A DNA stretch of 4,197 nt, from positions 1 to 4,197 of IMG/VR virus record IMGVR_UViG_3300029250_000151. One strand, 5' to 3'. The notes beneath the pieces are model-generated. The model searched no databases, had not been told where the DNA came from, and worked only from the letters and a program-made list of their open reading frames with translations. The DNA is from a virus. Its lineage: Duplodnaviria; Heunggongvirae; Uroviricota; Caudoviricetes. A program made the position numbers and the translations under genes. How positions within the stretch are numbered: the stretch's first letter is position 1; the number at the start of each line of letters is the position of its first letter. Below, one piece after another: positions 1-4,197 of the stretch.

Positions 1-2264
1 GCGGCGTCTGCAATTTTTGCCTCCGAAAACCAGAACTCAAACTGCACCGTCGGGTCATACACCGCAAGACGCGGTACCGCCGTTATCTGAAAATACCCCG
101 GCGTCAGTTCAACACCGGCAGGCGCTGCCGGTGCGTTAATCCGGAACGTGGTGGTGGCGGGTTCGCCCTGCTGGCCATAGCTGTTAATCGCCCTGACCGT
201 CAGGGTGTATTCCCCGGGAGGCAGGCCACTGAAACGGTGCTCCGTATCGGCAGTGATGGCGGTGGTCAGCAGGCGGCTGTTCTCACCGCTTCCACTGGTC
301 AGGCGCAGACTGAAGCGCACGCCCTTCACCACCCTCGGCGTGTCCCATTTCGCCAGCGCCAGATACTGGCTGTCAGCCGCGCTCACCTCCACCGTCAGGT
401 GCTGTACTGCCGGTGGGATAACGCTGTTCAGGGTGCCTGACTGCGGCTCAAAGCGGGCTCCGTTATCCACAATGGCTTCTTTTTCCGGTACGTGCTGCAC
501 CGCCGTGATGGCAAAGGTGCCGTCCGTGTTTTCCCGGATGGCCACACAGCGGAACAGGCGACGGCGCAGTGACGGCAGGGAGAGTCCCCACACCCCGTAT
601 GTCTCCACACCATCAGGCAGGGTACTGACCTGTATCCGGTCCGGCGCGGGGTGTGCGGTGATGTCCACACTCACCGGCTTACCGCTGCCGTTAATCAGGT
701 TCACCGTCGATGCACCTGTCCCCGGAAGTGTCACTTCACGGTCCAGCGTCAGGGTGCGGGTGGCAGCATCAATGGACAGGACACGTCCGCCGGTCAGGGT
801 TCCGGCATAGTCGTTATCACAGATTTCAATGATGTCACCGGGTGTGTGCCGCAGCCCCTGAGACCCGAGTGTGAAATCCACCGTCTGCGTTTCCAGCAGT
901 TCGGTCTTTATCACCCACAGCCCGGCACGGTGGGCCTGACCGCGGCTGGTACAGCCGAACGCGTCCATCTTCAGCAGGTTGCGTCCGTAGCGCAGTATGG
1001 CTTCCGGGTCTTCCACCAGTTCCGTGGAGGTCTGCCAGCCGTTCTGCGGGTCGGTGTAATTCACCTCCACCGCCGTGTGCCGGTCCTTCAGGGCACTGAA
1101 GCTGTAGCGGAACCCCACGCCGTTATCATCCACCACCACATCGCTGTTGGTGTACGGCCACACCACATCCGACGTGCGGTCCTGAACGAACGTCAGCGTC
1201 TGACCGTTCCATACCGGCATACAGCGCATCGCAGAGCAGAAATCACTGAGAACGTCCCACGCCTTACGCTGTTGTGCCAGGTACGCATTAAAGGTCATCC
1301 GCGGCTCTGTGCCCCCGAAACCATCCGGGACCGTCTGGTCGCAGTACTGCCCGATGGCATACAGCGCCCACTTGTCCACATCCGCCGCTCCCAGGCGTTT
1401 TCCCATGCCGTAGCGCGGGTGAGTCAGCATGTCCCACAGACACCAGGCCGGGTTGTTGCTGTATGCCGGTTTCAGACTGCCGTCCCAGATACCGCTGTAC
1501 GTGCGTTTTTCCGGGTCATAGTTTGACGGCACCTGGATGATGCGACCGCGGATATGGTAGTTCACCGTCATCTGCTGGCCACCAAACTGCTCCGCATCCA
1601 CCTGCATCCCCACAATGGCCGTGTTCGGGTAGCACTGTTTCACATCGATGATTTCGGTGTATGACGACCACAGCGTTCTGTTCTGCAGCTGGTCCGTGGT
1701 GCTGTCCGCCGTCTCCCTGACCATCCGGATGTTAAAGGGGCGGGGAGGCAGATTATCCAGAATCACCGACGCCAGGAACTGCGAGGTGGTCTTGCCGTTA
1801 ATGGTGACATCCTTTTCCGTCATCCATTTACCACCACGCTCAAGCTGAATCAGCAGGCGGACAGACGTCGGATTACGGTCACCCTTTGACGTGGTCTCCA
1901 CCAGTGACTGCACCCCGAAGGTCACCCGCAGGCGGTCAATGTTCGCTGACGTAATGGTGCGTGTCACCGGTTTTGCCTTCGTCACCTCCACACCCAGTAC
2001 AGTTTCAGCTCCGGAGGACTCAAAGCCTTCCGGTGGTGTCTGCTCCTGCTCCCCGGCACGCCAGACGGCGGTCACACCGTGTATCACGGGATTACCGTCC
2101 GTGTCCGTCAGCGGGGTTTTGTTCACCAGAATACTCTGCAGTCCCTTCACCGGACCTTCCACCGGTCCCTCACCAATGGCATCAATCACACTCATCATCT
2201 GCGTGGATTTGAGATTATCCTTCGCCTCACGCGGTGTGTGCCCCTTGCCGCCCCCTTTACCCAC
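1..2264 (-). CDS. J: Host specificity protein J (tail tip / central tail fibre protein), N-terminal ~754 codons; 3' end lies beyond the window start
   Basis: Reverse-strand translation from GTG at 2264 reads [39 protein letters not shown]... and continues without a stop to position 3 (...[30 protein letters not shown]...[27 protein letters not shown]...[19 protein letters not shown]). This resembles lambda gpJ as I recall it (N-terminus [20 protein letters not shown]). A Shine-Dalgarno-like GGAGAGGGGGACAGA sits immediately upstream of the GTG, and there is no in-frame ATG upstream. Absent from the ORF track because its stop is outside the window. Frame was spot-checked at 1431..1442. Confidence 0.9.
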   Translation of the reverse strand, partial: MGKGGGKGHTPREAKDNLKSTQMMSVIDAIGEGPVEGPVKGLQSILVNKTPLTDTDGNPVIHGVTAVWRAGEQEQTPPEGFESSGAETVLGVEVTKAKPVTRTITSANIDRLRVTFGVQSLVETTSKGDRNPTSVRLLIQLERGGKWMTEKDVTINGKTTSQFLASVILDNLPPRPFNIRMVRETADSTTDQLQNRTLWSSYTEIIDVKQCYPNTAIVGMQVDAEQFGGQQMTVNYHIRGRIIQVPSNYDPEKRTYSGIWDGSLKPAYSNNPAWCLWDMLTHPRYGMGKRLGAADVDKWALYAIGQYCDQTVPDGFGGTEPRMTFNAYLAQQRKAWDVLSDFCSAMRCMPVWNGQTLTFVQDRTSDVVWPYTNSDVVVDDNGVGFRYSFSALKDRHTAVEVNYTDPQNGWQTSTELVEDPEAILRYGRNLLKMDAFGCTSRGQAHRAGLWVIKTELLETQTVDFTLGSQGLRHTPGDIIEICDNDYAGTLTGGRVLSIDAATRTLTLDREVTLPGTGASTVNLINGSGKPVSVDITAHPAPDRIQVSTLPDGVETYGVWGLSLPSLRRRLFRCVAIRENTDGTFAITAVQHVPEKEAIVDNGARFEPQSGTLNSVIPPAVQHLTVEVSAADSQYLALAKWDTPRVVKGVRFSLRLTSGSGENSRLLTTAITADTEHRFSGLPPGEYTLTVRAINSYGQQGEPATTTFRINAPAAPAGVELTPGYFQITAVPRLAVYDPTVQFEFWFSEAKIADA

Positions 2265-2273
2265 TCTGTCCCC
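2265..2273. repeat. 9-bp direct repeat TCTGTCCCC, left copy (forms the J ribosome-binding region on the minus strand, GGGGACAGA)
   Basis: Exact 9-mer TCTGTCCCC at 2265..2273 and again at 2471..2479, bracketing the AT-rich block of the I-J spacer. Confidence 0.4.
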
Positions 2274-2307
2274 CTCTCCTGTCTGATGTCTGAATCTGTT
2301 TATGCCC

Positions 2308-2339
2308 AAAAAACAACAGGCACCCCGGAGGATGCCTGT
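2308..2339 (-). terminator. Rho-independent terminator oriented for minus-strand transcripts, ~45 nt upstream of the J start
   Basis: Minus-strand RNA: ACAGGCA-UCCUCCGGGG-UGCCUGU. The 7-bp perfect stem (2316..2322 / 2333..2339) can extend to ~10 bp with a UCCG tetraloop, and is followed by UGUUUUUUGGG (2305..2315). On the plus strand the same hairpin is preceded by an A-run and not followed by a T-run, so it is unidirectional. Confidence 0.5.
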
Positions 2340-2376
2340 ATCATGACTGAATAAAAATTCTGAATATCTTCACATT

Positions 2377-2404
2377 TTCACAAACTGACTGTGGCGCGTA
2401 TAAT
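2377..2404 (+). promoter_or_regulatory. Candidate sigma70-type promoter: -35 TTCACA (2377..2382), 16-bp spacer, -10 TATAAT (2399..2404); predicted start near 2411
   Basis: Perfect consensus -10 hexamer and a 5/6 match to TTGACA at an acceptable 16-bp spacing, with an AT-rich tract upstream (ATAAAAATTCTGAATATC). Plus strand, so directed against the minus-strand tail operon. Confidence 0.4.
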
Positions 2405-2413
2405 TTCGCTGCG

Positions 2414-2467
2414 TTAGTGTTTTTTTTGCCCGAGTAACAAAAACAACTCCTTAACATTAATCTTCAT
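2414..2467 (-). CDS. Hypothetical 17-aa mini-ORF (MKINVKELFLLLGQKKH), mutually exclusive alternative to the plus-strand sRNA
   Basis: ATG at 2467..2465 is preceded by GGGGACAGACAA, a second copy of the J-type Shine-Dalgarno region. The ORF contains a Leu/Phe run (TTG TTT TTG TTA CTC) and an A8 tract, with stop TAA at 2416..2414. Very short, so it could easily be fortuitous. Confidence 0.12.
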   Translation of the reverse strand: MKINVKELFLLLGQKKH

Positions 2468-2470
2468 TTG

Positions 2471-2479
2471 TCTGTCCCC
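2471..2479. repeat. 9-bp direct repeat TCTGTCCCC, right copy
   Basis: Exact copy of 2265..2273; it overlaps the left arm of the 2477..2501 hairpin. Confidence 0.4.
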
Positions 2480-2509
2480 GCAGCTCCGCGATCACTGCGG
2501 GATTTTTTT
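2477..2509 (+). terminator. Rho-independent terminator oriented for plus-strand transcripts, abutting the I stop codon
   Basis: CCCGCAG (2477..2483) pairs with CTGCGGG (2495..2501), with an 11-nt loop CTCCGCGATCA, then A and TTTTTTT (2503..2509). On the minus strand the hairpin is preceded by the A-run, so it is not a terminator for the I transcript. Confidence 0.5.
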
Positions 2510-2514
2510 ATGTT

Positions 2515-3195
2515 TTATCCCTGTCGACCAATAACCACCACCTTTCCGCCCCCGCCTTCATCACGGGTGCTGATGTCCTGAGAGATACGTCGTGAACCAA
2601 CCAGCATTTCACCGTAGGGCACCGGCATCGGGTTGCCCTGGGCAATCATGTTGTCCAGTGAGGAAAAGTACGTGTTCTGTCTGCCGTTATCCGTTGCGCG
2701 GTAATCCGGTGTTTTTGCCTTCGGGGCCAGCATCTGTGCCACACCACCCAGAATCATGCTGGCTCCAAGTGAAAACAGCATCGTGGTGGCAGAAAAACCA
2801 CCGGCTGCCAGGGCTGAACCCCATAACGCCATTGATGCCCCGGCAGTGAAGAAAGAGCCCACGATGGCTGCCGCCCCCAGCACAATCTGCAGTCCACCCT
2901 TTCCGGCCCCGGCCAGTCGCGGCACAATGTGGATGACCGTTCCCTCACCCAGTGGTTCGTGAAGACGGGCGTACACCGCCTCCGGTGCCGTGTCATCACC
3001 GGCAATACGTATCTGGTACCAGCCTTCGTTCATCTGACGGCGAAAGCCCGGCATCTGCATCGACAGGGCGCGGATGGCTTCCGCTGCCGTGTTCACATAC
3101 AGGCTGAGGCGGCGGCCAAATCGTTGTAAATTCCCGTGAAGGCAGATGCGTGCCAGTGGCGGTGACGCCAGACAGAATGCGTTCGTCGTTGCCAT
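2515..3195 (-). CDS. I: Tail assembly protein I (lambda gpI family; ubiquitin-like N-terminal region plus Gly/Ala-rich hydrophobic C-terminal region)
   Basis: 226-aa ORF MATTNAFCLASPPLARICLHGNLQRFGRRL...QNTYFSSLDNMIAQGNPMPVPYGEML... resembles lambda gpI (223 aa) as recalled. ATG at 3195..3193, TAA at 2517..2515. The start lies 103 nt inside the 3' end of K, the same overlap I recall for lambda K/I. Confidence 0.9.
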   Translation of the reverse strand: MATTNAFCLASPPLARICLHGNLQRFGRRLSLYVNTAAEAIRALSMQMPGFRRQMNEGWYQIRIAGDDTAPEAVYARLHEPLGEGTVIHIVPRLAGAGKGGLQIVLGAAAIVGSFFTAGASMALWGSALAAGGFSATTMLFSLGASMILGGVAQMLAPKAKTPDYRATDNGRQNTYFSSLDNMIAQGNPMPVPYGEMLVGSRRISQDISTRDEGGGGKVVVIGRQG

Positions 3196-3836
3196 TTTTC
3201 GGAATACCTCTCTCGTTTGCTCAGTTGTTCAGGAATATGGTGCAGCAGCTCGCCATCACCACAGTAAATGGCGGCATGATTCGGCACCGATGAACCAAAA
3301 CAGCACAGCAGCACATCGCCCGGTTGTGCTGATGACAACGGCACCTGATACAGCCCTGTGGCCTCCAGATTATCCAGGTACAGGTTCTGGCCGTTGCGCC
3401 ACCAGTCATCCTCGCGATGAAAATCCGGCATTTCAGTCCCCGCCAGATGATAAGCATCCCGGAACAGCGTGTAACAGTCCGTCACCCCGTGCGCAAAGCG
3501 CCGTCCTGTCAGATGTGGCACACAGCGGAATTTGTGAATGTCACCCCGGCAGACCAGCCACCAGGGCAGGGCACTTTTTATCTGCAGCCGCCGGTCAGCC
3601 TCGCTCAGCCAGGGCAGCCCACCGGGATGACTGTGGACCAGTGCCACAATCTCCCCCTGCATCTCTGCCCGCAGCCAGTCTTCCGGGGCAATACGAAAAT
3701 ATGCCTCAGGCTCTGCAGAGATATTCACACAAGGGATATACCGCTCCCCCTCCGGCGTGCTTATCACGAAGCCGCACGACTCCGCAGGCGCACACCGCCG
3801 GGCATGCGCCAGAATCGCTGATTCAGTCTGTGTCAT
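3093..3836 (-). CDS. K: Tail assembly protein K (lambda gpK family; JAMM/MPN metalloprotease-like motif plus NlpC/P60-like region), 247 aa
   Basis: Translation from ATG 3836..3834 is MTQTESAILAHARRCAPAESCGFVISTPEGER... It contains HSHPGGLPWLSEAD, an exact HxH-x7-S-x2-D JAMM motif (~3594..3635), and a downstream Cys/His region (DCYTLF...NHAAIY...LLHH) consistent with NlpC/P60. Stop TGA at 3095..3093. The start is 10 nt after the L stop. The ORF-track extension to a TTG at 4097 runs through L in another frame and is rejected. Confidence 0.88.
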   Translation of the reverse strand: MTQTESAILAHARRCAPAESCGFVISTPEGERYIPCVNISAEPEAYFRIAPEDWLRAEMQGEIVALVHSHPGGLPWLSEADRRLQIKSALPWWLVCRGDIHKFRCVPHLTGRRFAHGVTDCYTLFRDAYHLAGTEMPDFHREDDWWRNGQNLYLDNLEATGLYQVPLSSAQPGDVLLCCFGSSVPNHAAIYCGDGELLHHIPEQLSKRERYSEKWQRRTHSVWRHRHWHASAFTGIYNDLAAASACM

Positions 3837-3846
3837 AAAACAGGAT

Positions 3847-4197
3847 TTACTGCGAAAGTTTATTGATGGAAAGGAAACCGCCAAAATTGCCGACATTCCT
3901 GCGCAGTTCACACCCGCGCATGCACTTGCTGCATCTGTCCTTACGGATATCCGTGGTGGGGTTGTCGAACTCATCCGCCACCGCAGGACCGTTATACCCG
4001 CATTCATCTCCCCGGTAATCCCACATACAGGTGTTCGCCAGCATGATGCGACCGGGAAACAGCGCACCGTCCGTCTCGGTCGGTGTCGCCAGCACAAACG
4101 AGGCCGTCATGGCTGTCAGCTCCGACATCTGCTCCACCACCCAGCGGTCACTCAGCTCCTGCTCCGGGTCCGCCTCCGGATTGCCCGCAACGAAATT
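3847..4197 (-). CDS. L: Minor tail protein L (lambda gpL family), C-terminal 116 codons; 5' end lies beyond the window end
   Basis: In-frame translation from the window edge: NFVAGNPEADPEQELSDRWVVEQMSELTAMTASFVLATPTETDGALFPGRIMLANTCMWDYRGDECGYNGP...CSKCMRGCELRRNVGNFGGFLSINKLSQ, resembling the lambda gpL C-terminus including its Cys cluster. Stop TAA at 3849..3847. The 97-aa ORF-track call is an internal GTG start of this gene. Confidence 0.9.
   Translation of the reverse strand, partial: NFVAGNPEADPEQELSDRWVVEQMSELTAMTASFVLATPTETDGALFPGRIMLANTCMWDYRGDECGYNGPAVADEFDNPTTDIRKDRCSKCMRGCELRRNVGNFGGFLSINKLSQ

Larger units (their letters stand above)
2411..2509 (+). ncRNA. Candidate ~100-nt small RNA (promoter to intrinsic terminator) inside the I-J intergenic spacer; identity unknown
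   Basis: Bounded by the TATAAT promoter and the 2477..2509 terminator. It has no credible plus-strand ORF. It contains AACAAAAACAAC, which is four consecutive A-R-N triplets, and ends in a hairpin plus a U7 tail, both typical of Hfq-associated sRNAs. Predicted from sequence only. Confidence 0.33.

Noticed and set aside
205-2286. Plus-strand ORFs 205..810, 237..440, 651..1526, 1648..1848, 1891..2286, 1961..2212, 2079..2354 and minus-strand 428..670
   Set aside because: All lie within J, antisense or out of frame. Their translations are Arg/Pro/His-rich with no recognisable motifs, typical of spurious ORFs in GC-rich coding DNA, whereas the minus-strand J frame is open through the whole region and matches gpJ.
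2286-2354. Plus-strand 22-codon [25 protein letters not shown]
   Set aside because: No ribosome-binding site, it overlaps the J ribosome-binding region and the minus-strand terminator hairpin, and it is just the tail of a spurious antisense ORF.
2420-2427. T8 tract as a plus-strand terminator
   Set aside because: No stable GC-rich hairpin precedes it, so it is not a convincing intrinsic terminator. More likely it is part of the sRNA body, or the A8 tract of the minus-strand mini-ORF.
2340-2515. A minus-strand promoter inside the spacer that could drive J independently
   Set aside because: The best minus-strand candidates (for example TTGTGA with weak downstream hexamers) have poor -10 elements at proper spacing; nothing approaches the quality of the plus-strand TTCACA-16-TATAAT.
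2592-3129. Plus-strand ORFs 2592..2849, 2756..2962, 2929..3129 and minus-strand 2754..3005
   Set aside because: Antisense or alternative-frame ORFs inside gene I; low-complexity translations with no support.
3146-3838. Plus-strand 230-aa ORF 3146..3838, 134-aa ORF 3417..3821 and minus-strand 78-aa ORF 3221..3457
   Set aside because: They overlap K on the opposite strand or in another frame. K has a clear JAMM motif and gpK similarity, while these have Pro/Arg/Ala-rich compositions typical of antisense artefacts.
3837-4097. N-terminal extension of the K ORF back to a TTG at 4097 (334-aa ORF-track call)
   Set aside because: The extension runs through the L coding region in a different frame and starts at a TTG. 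The conserved K sequence begins at the ATG at 3836, 10 nt after the L stop.
3847-4140. 97-aa ORF-track call as a stand-alone gene
   Set aside because: It is an internal GTG start inside L. The same frame stays open to the window edge at 4197 and the upstream residues continue the gpL similarity.
1-4197. CRISPR arrays, tRNA/rRNA genes, transposase or IS element ends
   Set aside because: No regularly spaced repeats, no tRNA-like cloverleaf candidates and no terminal inverted repeats were seen. The window is almost entirely accounted for by four tail genes plus the spacer.

Overview
This window is the tail-tip module of a lambda-like (lambdoid) enterobacterial phage or prophage, with all four genes on the minus strand in the order L (5'-truncated by the window end), K, I, J (first ~754 codons, running off the window start). 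Gene calls rest on my own translation of the reverse strand and on recalled similarity to phage lambda gpL, gpK, gpI and gpJ; no database search was possible. The main point of interest is the I-J intergenic spacer (2265..2514, ~250 bp), which is AT-rich and much longer than the ~60 bp I recall for lambda. It contains a near-consensus sigma70-type promoter on the plus strand followed ~100 nt later by an intrinsic terminator, which is consistent with a small non-coding RNA (sRNA) transcribed against the tail operon. It also contains a strong minus-strand intrinsic terminator just upstream of the J ribosome-binding site, a 17-codon minus-strand mini-ORF, and a flanking 9-bp direct repeat that duplicates the J Shine-Dalgarno region. 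All plus-strand ORFs in the supplied track that lie over J, I and K are antisense artefacts of the GC-rich coding sequence.
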